This document shows, piece by piece, positions 10,671-23,440 of a DNA stretch of 64,000 nt. Positions within the stretch are counted from its first letter, which is position 1; each line of letters opens with the position of its first letter. The translations under genes were made by a program, and so were the position numbers. The notes under the pieces are model-generated. The model worked only from the letters and a program-made list of their open reading frames with translations. It was not told the DNA's origin and did not search any database. This DNA comes from an uncultured Bacilli bacterium (GTDB taxonomy: Bacteria > Bacillota_I > Bacilli_A > RF39 > UBA660), in assembly GCA_934089275.1 (NCBI GenBank), contig CAKOJJ010000004.1, positions 6,196 to 70,195 of the forward strand, given 5' to 3'.

Positions 10671-11393
10671 TTACCTCCCAAAAATACTTTGATATGTTTT
10701 GTTTTCATCAATATACACCGGTCGTTCTATTTTTACATAATCTTTTCCATTCAAAAGTGCTTCAATTAAAACAAGTGATGATTCTCCATTTCTATTATCA
10801 TAAACTGGAACAATAGATTTTATACCAAAATGATATTTTTTTAAACATTCAATAATATCCACAATTCGATAACTAGTATGTACTAAATAAAAATATCCAC
10901 CATTTTTTAAAGATGCAGCAGCAATGCGAACAACTTCGTCCAAATTAGTGCTTATCTCATGACGAGCTTTAGCAAGCACTTGATTATCATTTAATACCTT
11001 ATCATCATGATATATAAAATAAGGTGGATTACAAGTAACTATATCATATTTCTTTTTAGAATCAATATTTTTTATATCATCATTATAATAATTAATATTT
11101 GTTACATTATTTTTTTCAATAGACATTTTACCAAGTTCGTATATTTCAGGTTGTAATTCATATGCATCTATCTTTATTCTATCACCAAATTTTTTTGATA
11201 AAATCAAAGGAATAGGTGCATTACCTGAACATAAATCCAATACATTTTTAGCATTTTTTCTAACCCTAACAAACTCAGCTAATAAAACTGAGTCTACTGA
11301 AAATTTAAAATATTTACTATTTTGGTATATATACATATCATAATCATATAAATCATTTAATTCTGCTTGATTCATAAACACATTTATCTCCAT
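10671..11393 (-). CDS. SAM-dependent N6-adenine methyltransferase (YabB/TrmN6-like)
   Basis: DLCSGNAPIPL SAM motif and NPPY motif (VTCNPPYF). The start could be the internal ATG at 11375. Confidence 0.7.
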   Translation of the reverse strand: MEINVFMNQAELNDLYDYDMYIYQNSKYFKFSVDSVLLAEFVRVRKNAKNVLDLCSGNAPIPLILSKKFGDRIKIDAYELQPEIYELGKMSIEKNNVTNINYYNDDIKNIDSKKKYDIVTCNPPYFIYHDDKVLNDNQVLAKARHEISTNLDEVVRIAAASLKNGGYFYLVHTSYRIVDIIECLKKYHFGIKSIVPVYDNRNGESSLVLIEALLNGKDYVKIERPVYIDENKTYQSIFGR

Positions 11394-12138
11394 TTATTTC
11401 AACGGTATATTTTTTATTCAAAACATCAATTGAAACAACTCTTCCTTTTCCATCTGGAGTTTCTACATATTCTCCAACTTTAGGTAAAAGTTTTCTATGA
11501 CATGTATATACTTCATCTTCATATGCAAGACAACAAAGAAGTCTTCCGCAAGCTCCATTAATCTTGCTTGGATTTAATGCAATATTTTGGTTTTTGGCCA
11601 TATTAATACTGATTGTATCAATTCCATTTAAAAATGATGCACAACAAAGTGGTCTTCCACATTGACCTAAGCCACCTATTTCTTTAGATTTATCCCTAAC
11701 TCCTATTTGATGAAGTTCAATTCTCGTTTTATATTTTGAAGCAATCTCCTTTACAACATCTCGAAAGTCAATTCTTTCATCTGCAATAAAGTTAAACATC
11801 AATTGTTTTCTATCTAAAGTATAAGTTGCATCTAAAAGCTTCATATCAAGGTTTGCTTTTTTTACACATTCTCTTGCATAATCAAGTGCAATTTTAGCGT
11901 CTTTTAAATTAGTAAGATAATTATTGTAATCTTTTTTTGTTGATATTCTAATAACCGGTTTCATATCTTCTATATTAATATTTTTTGTTTCAGGGACATC
12001 AAGTTCATAAACTTTTGCAAATTGTTCCCCCTTTTCAGTTTCTACAACAACAGTTAATTTATTTTTTAAATCTAAATTATCATATTTAAAATAATATAAT
12101 TTACCAGTATCTTTAAATTTCACTCCACATATCTTCAT
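11353..12138 (-). CDS. ricT: PSP1-domain protein RicT/YaaT
   Basis: Cys-rich GQCGRPLCC...CGRLLCCL PSP1 signature. Synteny with holB. Confidence 0.8.
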   Translation of the reverse strand: MKICGVKFKDTGKLYYFKYDNLDLKNKLTVVVETEKGEQFAKVYELDVPETKNINIEDMKPVIRISTKKDYNNYLTNLKDAKIALDYARECVKKANLDMKLLDATYTLDRKQLMFNFIADERIDFRDVVKEIASKYKTRIELHQIGVRDKSKEIGGLGQCGRPLCCASFLNGIDTISINMAKNQNIALNPSKINGACGRLLCCLAYEDEVYTCHRKLLPKVGEYVETPDGKGRVVSIDVLNKKYTVEINGDKCVYESSRIK

Positions 12139-12142
12139 ATAT

Positions 12143-12988
12143 CTACTCCCATAACAATATCATTTTGTTTAATATCAATTCTTTATTTAAATTAAATTTA
12201 AATTCATTTTGTATTTGTTCAATTAATTTTATTCTCTTAGCTAAGATTAATATATCATTTGTATCAACACTTACTAATATTTTATCAATCATATTTTTAT
12301 CACAAGTAAGGCGTTTTAATAAATAATCATATTTTATTATATACACTTTTCTTAATATATCAAGTATAGTTTCAATCTCAACTCTTTCTTTTTTAGCAAT
12401 ATTTTTTATTTGATTCATCAAAACGTACTTTTTAGTAGAATTCAGTTTAAACGCTAAATCTAATGTTTCATCAACAAGTAGATATTGTTCATCATTAACA
12501 CTTAATAAATCTTGCAAACTTTCATAAGGATAAATAAGTTTAAAAATCTCGCATCTACTTTTAATAGTTGGTAGCATCTTAGAAATACTAGTTGTTATAA
12601 AAAAGCCAACAATATTTTTTTCAGGTTCTTCCAAAAATTTAAGAATTTTATTTGAAGCTGATATATTTAGTTTTTCAGCACTTTTTATTATATATATAGA
12701 ATAGCTTCCCATAACTGATGTTGTTGAAAATGAATCTAATATATTTTCAATTTGTACAACTTTAATATCCTTACCATCTGGTTCAACCGTAATTAAATCC
12801 GGAAAATTATTGTTATCAATTAAATTATCAAATTCATGATTAGTAATAACCTTCAAAATATTTAAAACATCATCATATGCCTTTTCTATATTATTTGTCT
12901 CAAACAAAAAAGCATGAGAATTTTTTTTCTCAAGGAATGATTTTTCTATGTTATCAATAATTGCTTCTTTGTTCATATTCATCACCAA
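12143..12988 (-). CDS. holB: DNA polymerase III delta-prime subunit
   Basis: HAFLF start-proximal motif, LKFLEEP and SRC motifs. Start codon is ambiguous. Confidence 0.7.
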   Translation of the reverse strand: MVMNMNKEAIIDNIEKSFLEKKNSHAFLFETNNIEKAYDDVLNILKVITNHEFDNLIDNNNFPDLITVEPDGKDIKVVQIENILDSFSTTSVMGSYSIYIIKSAEKLNISASNKILKFLEEPEKNIVGFFITTSISKMLPTIKSRCEIFKLIYPYESLQDLLSVNDEQYLLVDETLDLAFKLNSTKKYVLMNQIKNIAKKERVEIETILDILRKVYIIKYDYLLKRLTCDKNMIDKILVSVDTNDILILAKRIKLIEQIQNEFKFNLNKELILNKMILLWE

Positions 12989-13170
12989 TAAAATTTATAG
13001 GCAAGTATTCCATATATAATCAATCCAGGAAATCCTAAAATTGATGTTATAATTAAACTAAAATAATTGATTGGAACATAATAACCTATTTTAACCAATA
13101 TAATATTTAAACTATAAATTGTAATTGTTGAAAACACAAAGTTTTTTAACAATTTTTTTATTACTTTCAT
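12982..13170 (-). CDS. bofA: BofA-like small membrane protein (pro-sigmaK processing inhibitor)
   Basis: 62 aa with two TM helices and the LGFPGL motif. Position after recR as in B. subtilis. Confidence 0.55.
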   Translation of the reverse strand: MKVIKKLLKNFVFSTITIYSLNIILVKIGYYVPINYFSLIITSILGFPGLIIYGILAYKFYW

Positions 13171-13208
13171 GTTATCACCATATTACAATATATTTTAATA
13201 TAGTTATT

Positions 13209-13805
13209 TTATGATACTTCTTTTCTATCTAGAAGAGCTTGATCTAATGTTAGTGCATCAAGATAGTCAAGTTCCACTCCCATTGGAATTCCATAAGATA
13301 ATCTAGTTATCTTAACATTTTTATCTTCTAATATTTTTTTGATATACAAAGTTGTTGTTTTTCCTTCAATAGAAGATTTTAACGCAACAATTACTTCTGC
13401 GTTTTCAACGCCTTCCAACCTTTTAACTAAACCAGATAAATTGATATCTTCTGGATAAATACCATCCATTGGAGATATAAGTCCATTCAATACATGATAT
13501 TTTCCATTGAAGCTTCCAGATTTTTCAAACATAAATACACTTTTATAATCTTCAACAACACATATAAGATCATCACGTCGATGTTCATTTGCACAAATAT
13601 AACATTCGTCTTGATCAGTTAAATGTCCACAAATTTTACATCTATGCAATTTGCTTTTGCATTCCTTAATCGCATTTACAAAGTTATCAATATCTTCATC
13701 GCTTAATTCTAGTAAAGCTAAAGCATTTCTTTCAGCACTTTTTTCTCCAACGCCTGGTAATTTTTTAAATGACTCGATTACATTATTTAAACTACTTGGA
13801 TACAT
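13209..13805 (-). CDS. recR: recombination protein RecR
   Basis: LPGVGEKSA HhH motif, CxxC...CxIC zinc finger and Toprim domain. Confidence 0.95.
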   Translation of the reverse strand: MYPSSLNNVIESFKKLPGVGEKSAERNALALLELSDEDIDNFVNAIKECKSKLHRCKICGHLTDQDECYICANEHRRDDLICVVEDYKSVFMFEKSGSFNGKYHVLNGLISPMDGIYPEDINLSGLVKRLEGVENAEVIVALKSSIEGKTTTLYIKKILEDKNVKITRLSYGIPMGVELDYLDALTLDQALLDRKEVS

Positions 13806-13806
13806 A

Positions 13807-14106
13807 TTAAATCAAACCACCAAGTTGTTTACCATAAACGCCAAGCTTTGATTCAACATCACGTTCAATTTTAGAAATAGCATCATTGAAAGCTATCTTT
13901 ATCATATCTTCTAAAATATCTATATCTTCAACATCAAACTTTTCCATATTTTTAAACTTAACGTTTTTTAATTTTTTATCTCCGCTTAATACAACTTCAA
14001 CTAATTCTGAACTACCTGTATATTCAGTAGAATAAATTTCTTGTTGTTTTCTTTCTATATCTTTTTGCATTCTTTGGGCTTGTGCCATTAAATTATTCAT
14101 ATTCAT
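13807..14106 (-). CDS. ybaB: nucleoid-associated protein YbaB/EbfC
   Basis: About 100 aa, MQKDIERKQ...SGDKKLKNVKF pattern. Lies between dnaX and recR. Confidence 0.9.
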   Translation of the reverse strand: MNMNNLMAQAQRMQKDIERKQQEIYSTEYTGSSELVEVVLSGDKKLKNVKFKNMEKFDVEDIDILEDMIKIAFNDAISKIERDVESKLGVYGKQLGGLI

Positions 14107-14117
14107 AATATTTTCTC

Positions 14118-15701
14118 CTATTCCATATTTACATTATTTGAACCAAATATACTTTCAGCCAACTGACATGAATTATCATCTTTATTTATATAAATGGTTT
14201 CATCTATTAATTCATACTTTTTATCTTTATCATATGTTGATAAAAATTCTTTCCACTCTTGTTCATTTAAAAATAAAAATTTATATTCCTTATTTAAAAC
14301 TTTTTTAAACTGAATTTCAAGTTCATGTAGTTTTTTATTTCCAATTATTTTTGTGCTTTCACTTTTTGTTACAAGTAAAGCATAATCATTAGATACAATT
14401 TGAGGAATTGAATTCTTAACAATTGTTTTAAATTCTTTTAAATCGTTATTATCTAAGTACGTATAAAATTCTTTCCATGATTCCATAAATGCAAGCTTAT
14501 TTTCTTTACTTGCTGATACTAAGGTATTGTTTATTCTCGTATCAATAAATTCTTTTGTTACTTTATAATAACTAGAATCATTTGTTGTTAACATCTCATT
14601 TACGTCAACTTTAGTGTCTTTTGAAATTATTTCCCGGGAAATAATTTGATTAATATCACGACTGCTTAAATTTACTTCATCATCATTTATAAATGATACT
14701 AACTCTAACTCCAACATCAAGAATCCATTCGAGTTAGAATTAAGTTTTCCTAATAAATCATTAAGTGAATTAATTATTTTTTTCAATTGTTTAAAAGCAT
14801 TGTTACTTACATTTTTTTGTTTTAAGGCAATAGCTTTATTCAAAAAGTATTCAATCATTTTATCAAGCAATAGCTTAATATCAATACCACATTTTTTTAT
14901 ATCTGATAATTTTGTTAATAAATCATCTAAATTGTTATGAAGAATAGCAACATATAATCCTTCAATATCATCATCCGTAATCGTTCCATAGTTTTGTTTT
15001 AAAACATCTATATTTATTTCTTCACTAATCTTTGATAATTGATCCAAAATACTTAATGCATCTCTCATACAGCCATCTGATAAGAATGCAATTTCTGCCA
15101 AAGCATCATCTTCACTTTTTATATTTTCTTCTTCACATATTTTTTTCAAATGTTCCGTTATTTCATTCTTATCTATTCTTTGAAAATCAAATCTTTGGCA
15201 TCTTGATAAAACTGTAATTGGAACTTTTTGAATTTCTGTTGTAGCTAATATGAAAATAACATTGTGAGGTGGTTCTTCAAGTGTTTTTAAAAAAGCATTC
15301 CAAGCACTTGTTGATAACATATGTACCTCATCTATTATATATATTTTATATTTGCTATTAGTTGGAGCAATATTCACCGAATCAACTATATTTCTAATAT
15401 CATCGACGCTATTGTTACTTGCTGCATCTAGTTCAATTATATCTGGACTTTGATTAAAATTTTTGCAGTTTTCACATTCACCACAAGAAATACCATTTTG
15501 TGGATTCAAACAATTTAGTGCTCGTGCAAATATTTTTGCTGTACTTGTTTTACCTGTCCCTCTTGGTCCAGTAAATATATATGCATGAGCTATTTTATCA
15601 TTAATAATAGAATTCACTAATATTTTTTTTATAGAATCTTGACCAACCAAATGATTAAAATCAGCTGGTCTATATTTTCTGTATAACACCTTGTAGTCCA
15701 T
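14118..15701 (-). CDS. dnaX: DNA polymerase III subunit gamma/tau
   Basis: GPRGTGKTS Walker A, CxxCxxC zinc module, DEVHMLS and SRCQRF motifs. Confidence 0.95.
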   Translation of the reverse strand: MDYKVLYRKYRPADFNHLVGQDSIKKILVNSIINDKIAHAYIFTGPRGTGKTSTAKIFARALNCLNPQNGISCGECENCKNFNQSPDIIELDAASNNSVDDIRNIVDSVNIAPTNSKYKIYIIDEVHMLSTSAWNAFLKTLEEPPHNVIFILATTEIQKVPITVLSRCQRFDFQRIDKNEITEHLKKICEEENIKSEDDALAEIAFLSDGCMRDALSILDQLSKISEEINIDVLKQNYGTITDDDIEGLYVAILHNNLDDLLTKLSDIKKCGIDIKLLLDKMIEYFLNKAIALKQKNVSNNAFKQLKKIINSLNDLLGKLNSNSNGFLMLELELVSFINDDEVNLSSRDINQIISREIISKDTKVDVNEMLTTNDSSYYKVTKEFIDTRINNTLVSASKENKLAFMESWKEFYTYLDNNDLKEFKTIVKNSIPQIVSNDYALLVTKSESTKIIGNKKLHELEIQFKKVLNKEYKFLFLNEQEWKEFLSTYDKDKKYELIDETIYINKDDNSCQLAESIFGSNNVNME

Positions 15702-15736
15702 AAGCTTTCACCTGTATAAATTATATCATATTAGTT

Positions 15737-16150
15737 TTATCTCTTACAATTATCTTTAAAAAATTGTGTCAATAAATCCTTATATTTTAGAGATTTATTG
15801 TCAACATCTTGTATAATACATTTGTTCGTTTTGTTATATATTTTTTTATTTTCATTTCTAGGTATCAAATAATAAATATTTTTTATTCGAGCTTCTTTAA
15901 TAACATTCATGCACATATCACATGGTTCAAGCGTAACATAAAGATCACAGTCAAACAATCTAAAATCTTTTAATCTTTTATTAGCCTTGCTTATTGCCAT
16001 AATCTCAGCATGATTTATTGTTAAATGTTTTTGCATGCGACTATTATGAGCTTTAGAAATTATTTTATCATTTTTTACTATAAAAGCAGCAATTGGAACA
16101 TCATTATATTTTAAAGATTTTAAAGATTCTTTTATTAGTTTATCTATCAT
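15737..16150 (-). CDS. tadA: tRNA adenosine(34) deaminase TadA
   Basis: HAE...PCDMC deaminase motifs. Start trimmed to the ATG at 16150, which is preceded by GGAGGT. Confidence 0.85.
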   Translation of the reverse strand: MIDKLIKESLKSLKYNDVPIAAFIVKNDKIISKAHNSRMQKHLTINHAEIMAISKANKRLKDFRLFDCDLYVTLEPCDMCMNVIKEARIKNIYYLIPRNENKKIYNKTNKCIIQDVDNKSLKYKDLLTQFFKDNCKR

Positions 16151-16203
16151 AATTACCTCCAAAAAAATGTTGAAAACTTTATATATATTTAAATATAAAA
16201 AAA

Positions 16204-16274
16204 GCACACACAATTAGAGGCTGTTATGGCTGCTGTATTCCTACTCTGACCAAATTCCAACATAATTGTTGTGC
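16204..16274 (-). ncRNA. ffs: small (4.5S-like) SRP RNA
   Basis: Minus strand GCACAACAATTATG...GGTCAGAGTAGGAATACAGCAGCCATAACAG...TAATTGTGTGTGC forms a long hairpin. Its apex resembles the SRP domain IV consensus (GGUCAG..GGAA..CAGCAGCCAUAA). A U-run follows. Confidence 0.55.
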
Positions 16275-16370
16275 AAATTAATTATAGCAAAAAAGATAAC
16301 ATATAACAAGATAAAATGAGTGTACAAATTTTTAAAATTTGTTATTTTATTTAATTAATCTATATAATCA

Positions 16371-17224
16371 ATGTTTCACGTGAAACATATTAGCCTAAAC
16401 GTATAAGCTTAATGAAGTTTAAGCAATTATTTAATATATATTTAAATATAGCACTAAATTTAAAATTAACGTTTTATATGTTTAAATAATAAACTTTAAA
16501 TCTTATTGATATATTTTATATTTTTATAAAAAAAAACAGTAATGTTTCACGTGAAACATTACAAAATTTTACAAATAGAAACAGTTAAATAATAATTGAT
16601 AGTAAAAAACAGGTTGAATATTAGATAATTTATTATTTTTTACATGCTATGTTTCTCGTGAAACATAATTTAATTTATATTGTATTATAATTTCTATAAT
16701 CGTAATTTCTTATTTTGATATTATATTTGTTATTTTTTCATTTAATTCAATGTTTCACGTGAAACATTGAATTATTTTAAGGATGTTTATGAAATAACCA
16801 TCTACTTTTATTGTAAAAACTAAAATAAATATTATAATTTCATAAATATGTTTCACGTGAAACATATTTATTATATATATAAATCGCATTTTATTTTAAA
16901 TTAACAACTTATTTTATATTGAATTATTAAATATATATAAGTACATCAAATCAAAAAGCATATATATTTTAATGTTTCACGTGAAACATTAAAATAAAAT
17001 TAATTACTATCTCTTATTATTACAAAAAAATAGTAAAAATATAGTTATTAAAGCAATGTTTCACGTGAAACATTGCTTTATTCGTACAAATTACGAGTAA
17101 TTATTAATAATTCTATATGCTAAAGTTAATTTTAAAATTTTTTAATATTTATTTTATAGCTTCCACACATATACATAATTCGCCACGTTTCTGAATTTAT
17201 ATGTTTCACGTGAAACATATAAAT
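16371..17224. repeat. array of eight parS-type palindromes (ATGTTTCACGTGAAACAT)
   Basis: 16-mer cores lie at 16372, 16543, 16650 (one mismatch), 16751, 16849, 16973, 17057 and 17202. All match TGTTNCACGTGAAACA. Each sits in its own extended palindrome of up to 32 bp. There is no ORF of 60 aa or more between 16214 and 17318. Confidence 0.8.
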
Positions 17225-17318
17225 AAAGTTATTAATATAAATTTAAATTAATATGCAAATTTTTAAAATTTGTACATCTAAAATATTTGTTGAAAACTTT
17301 TGCATAAAAAAGAAGAAA

Positions 17319-19763
17319 CTATTCAGCTTCTTCTACTTCATTTTCAGTTTCTTCTTTATCTAAAATACTTATTGTTGAAACATATTGATTATCTTTTAAG
17401 TTTATAAGTTTTACTCCTTGAGTAACTCTTCCTAATTGAGATATTTGATCAATTCCCATTCTAATTGTCATTCCCGATTCAGTAATCATCAATAAATCTT
17501 TTTCATTGTTAACAATTTTATGAGCGATCATTTCACCATTTTTATCTGTTACGTTTAAAGCTTTAACTCCTTTGCTTCCACGCTTAGTCATACGATATTC
17601 GCTTATTAAAGTTTTCTTACCATATCCCAATTTAGTAACTATTAATAAATTGTCATCGTCATTTCCAACTTCCATTCCTGTACAAGAATATTGTCCATCA
17701 AGATTAATACCCTTAACTCCACTAGCAGTTCTACCCATTGGACGAATCTCGTTTTCATTAAATACAACCATACGACCTGAAGTAGATCCTAAGATAACTT
17801 TATTATTTCCGTCAGAAACCTTTACATCAATTAGTTCATCATCATCTTTTAATGATATAGCTATTTTTCCTGACGTACGTATGTTCGAATACTCCTCTAC
17901 TGACGTTTTCTTTACTAATCCATTCTTAGTAGCAAACATTAAATACTTACTATCATGTTCATTACTAATGCTTATAATTGAATTAATTTTCTCGCCCTTT
18001 TCAATTTGTAATAGATTTATGATCGGAAGTCCCTTGGCTTGTCTACTATATTCAGGGATTTCATAACCTTTTATACGATATACTTTACCTTTGTCCGTAA
18101 AGAATAAAATATAATCATGAGTTGATGCATTAACCAAATACTTAACGTAATCTTCCTCATTAGTAGTCATCCCTTTAATTCCTACACCGCCACGATGTTG
18201 AGATTTAAATGTAGATGATGCACATCTCTTGATATATCCCTTATCAGAAATAGTAACAATTATATCTTCTTGAGGAATTAATGATTCATCTTCAATATAA
18301 TCAATAGCAGTCATATCAATACTTGTTCTTCTATCATCAGCATATTTTGCCTTAATTTCAAGAAGTTCTTTCTTAATTATTTCTAATACTTTTTGCTCAC
18401 TCGCAAGTATTTCTCTTAATTCTTTAATTTGTTCAATTAAATCAGCAAGTTCATTTTCAATTTTATCTCTTTCAAGACCTGTTAATCTACGTAGTTTTAA
18501 TTCTAGAATAGCATTTGCTTGAATTTCATCAAATCCAAATCTTTGAATTAATTTTTCTCTTGCAATTACATCTGTTTCTGCTTCTTTAATAATTTTAATA
18601 ACTTCATCAATATTATCAAGAGCAATCTTATAGCCTTCTAAAATATGAACTCTTTCTTCTTTTTTCTTTAAGTCAAATTTAGTTCTTCTAATTATAACTT
18701 CTTTTTGGAAATCAATATATTTTGAAATAATTTCTTTAATGTTCAAAACTTTTGGAGTTCCATTATCAATCATCAAGAAAATAATACCAAATGTTGATTG
18801 TAATTGAGTATGTTTATATAAATTGTTCAAAACTACTTGAGGATTTGCTTCTTTTTTAAGAGTAATGATAATATTTACTCCTTTTTCAAGACTTGTTGCA
18901 TCATGATAATCAGCGATTCCTTCTAAAGTCTTATCTCTAACTAATTCACCTATTCTAGTTTTTAGATCAAATGTATTAATTCCATAAGGAAGCTCAGTAA
19001 TAACAATTCTATTTTTACCATTGTCCTCTTCTATTTCGGCCTTGCAACGAATTGTAATAGTTCCTCGACCAGTTTCATATGCCTTTTTAATACCACTGTT
19101 ACCTAAGATAATACCACCAGTTGGAAAATCTGGTCCTTTTAGTTTTTCCATTATTTCTGGAATAGTTATCTCATGATTATCGATATAAGCAACGCATCCA
19201 TCAATTACTTCTCCTAAATTATGAGGAGGAATATTTGTTGCCATACCAACAGCAATTCCCATCGTTCCATTTACTAAGATATTTGGAAATCTTGATGGTA
19301 AAACTTCAGGTTCAACCTCAGTTTCATCAAAGTTAGGAATCATATTAACAGTCTCTTTATTTAAATCACGAAGTAATTCAAGTGATATTTTTGCTAGACG
19401 AGATTCTGTATAACGCATTGCTGCTGCTCCATCACCATCCATGTTACCGAAGTTACCATGTCCATCAATTAACATGTGTCTATAACTAAAATCTTGAGCC
19501 ATTCTAACCATAGCTTCATATATAGAAGAATCTCCATGTGGATGATATTTTCCCATAACATCACCAACAACACGCGCACATTTACGATATTGCTTATCTG
19601 GTGTATAACCATTTTCATACATTGAATAAAGAATTCTTCTGTGAACTGGTTTTAATCCATCTCTTAAATCTGGTAAAGCTCTGGCAACGATTACACTCAT
19701 TGAATAGTCAAGAAATGATTCTTGAACTTCTTTAACTATATTATTTTGATTAACCTTATCCAT
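17319..19763 (-). CDS. gyrA: DNA gyrase subunit A
   Basis: Canonical N-terminus with the AMRYTE active-site tyrosine and a C-terminal beta-pinwheel. Confidence 0.97.
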   Translation of the reverse strand: MDKVNQNNIVKEVQESFLDYSMSVIVARALPDLRDGLKPVHRRILYSMYENGYTPDKQYRKCARVVGDVMGKYHPHGDSSIYEAMVRMAQDFSYRHMLIDGHGNFGNMDGDGAAAMRYTESRLAKISLELLRDLNKETVNMIPNFDETEVEPEVLPSRFPNILVNGTMGIAVGMATNIPPHNLGEVIDGCVAYIDNHEITIPEIMEKLKGPDFPTGGIILGNSGIKKAYETGRGTITIRCKAEIEEDNGKNRIVITELPYGINTFDLKTRIGELVRDKTLEGIADYHDATSLEKGVNIIITLKKEANPQVVLNNLYKHTQLQSTFGIIFLMIDNGTPKVLNIKEIISKYIDFQKEVIIRRTKFDLKKKEERVHILEGYKIALDNIDEVIKIIKEAETDVIAREKLIQRFGFDEIQANAILELKLRRLTGLERDKIENELADLIEQIKELREILASEQKVLEIIKKELLEIKAKYADDRRTSIDMTAIDYIEDESLIPQEDIIVTISDKGYIKRCASSTFKSQHRGGVGIKGMTTNEEDYVKYLVNASTHDYILFFTDKGKVYRIKGYEIPEYSRQAKGLPIINLLQIEKGEKINSIISISNEHDSKYLMFATKNGLVKKTSVEEYSNIRTSGKIAISLKDDDELIDVKVSDGNNKVILGSTSGRMVVFNENEIRPMGRTASGVKGINLDGQYSCTGMEVGNDDDNLLIVTKLGYGKKTLISEYRMTKRGSKGVKALNVTDKNGEMIAHKIVNNEKDLLMITESGMTIRMGIDQISQLGRVTQGVKLINLKDNQYVSTISILDKEETENEVEEAE

Positions 19764-19773
19764 ACCTTACCTC

Positions 19774-22780
<3,007 letters not shown>

Positions 22781-22884
22781 TTTTACCCCCTAATTTCAAT
22801 TTTAAAAGATTTTTAGTATTTTGTGTACTCCTATACACATATTAATTATACCATAATTTAAGGTACAAAAAAAGAAAAAATATC

Positions 22885-23337
22885 CTAATTTAGGTGTTTT
22901 TTCTTATATTCGGCTACTAATCTAAGCGTGTTATTATATTGATTATTTAAAATATAAAAAGATATATCAGCCTCAAAAAATATTCCATTAGAAAATTCAA
23001 TTATTCCCCTATTACTTTCACTATCTTTTAAGATATTTTTAATATTAATAAAATTAATCCAAGTACAAGATCTAAGCCTTGGAGATCTTGTTGGAAATAA
23101 TATAATATCGTTAATTTCACTGATAACCAATGGTTGTTTATATTTGTGTCCAACGTGGTAATTAGTGCTTTCTAGTCTACCATCTAATGAACTACCATAC
23201 ATAAGTGAATTCTTATTTATAATAGTTCTTGGACTGATTTCAACATCAAAAGTACTATTTTTTTCAATAATTGTTGCTTTACCCTTTCCATTTGGACATA
23301 TTGCCAAAGTATCATCTGTAATCATATAATCTTTCAT
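22885..23337 (-). CDS. ComK-family transcription factor homologue
   Basis: Alignable by eye to recalled B. subtilis ComK blocks: YGSSLDGR, YKQPLVI, ILFPTRSPRLRSCTWI, FSNG and ISFYILNNQ. Confidence 0.65.
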   Translation of the reverse strand: MKDYMITDDTLAICPNGKGKATIIEKNSTFDVEISPRTIINKNSLMYGSSLDGRLESTNYHVGHKYKQPLVISEINDIILFPTRSPRLRSCTWINFINIKNILKDSESNRGIIEFSNGIFFEADISFYILNNQYNNTLRLVAEYKKKHLN

Positions 23338-23440
23338 AAAACCCTCCTGACGAGGTTGTATACTAGCATACGTTTTTCAAAAAAAATGTCGAAAAAAAAG
23401 AAAATTACAAAAAATTGCAATTTTCTTTAATTTTATCGGC

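Noticed and set aside
16371-17224. CRISPR array interpretation of the eight regularly recurring repeats
   Set aside because: The repeats are perfect 18-32-bp palindromes identical to parS. Spacing is irregular (84-171 bp), the spacers are AT-rich with no protospacer-like complexity, and no cas genes or leader are present.
16275-17318. Expected rRNA operon or tRNA genes downstream of gyrA, as with rrnO in B. subtilis
   Set aside because: No 16S/23S/5S-like conserved segments and no tRNA cloverleaf candidates are visible. The tract is AT-rich spacer plus palindromes.
17572-18066. 164-aa plus-strand ORF and similar antisense ORFs. Others are at 1019-1222, 1404-1658, 2439-2735, 4753-4956, 7052-7348, 13651-13851, 15032-15217, 20444-20674, 24348-24566, 29206-29421, 32618-32800, 36571-36756, 37845-38120, 38268-38528, 39564-39899, 40906-41091, 43155-43361, 43452-43739, 45034-45219, 48823-49056, 49893-50090, 52203-52427, 53060-53299, 53064-53282, 53285-53539, 59406-59756 and 60027-60431
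   Set aside because: All lie fully inside, antisense to or out of frame with, well-supported genes. Their Ser/Leu/Ile/Phe-rich shadow composition is typical of AT-rich DNA, and they lack an RBS.
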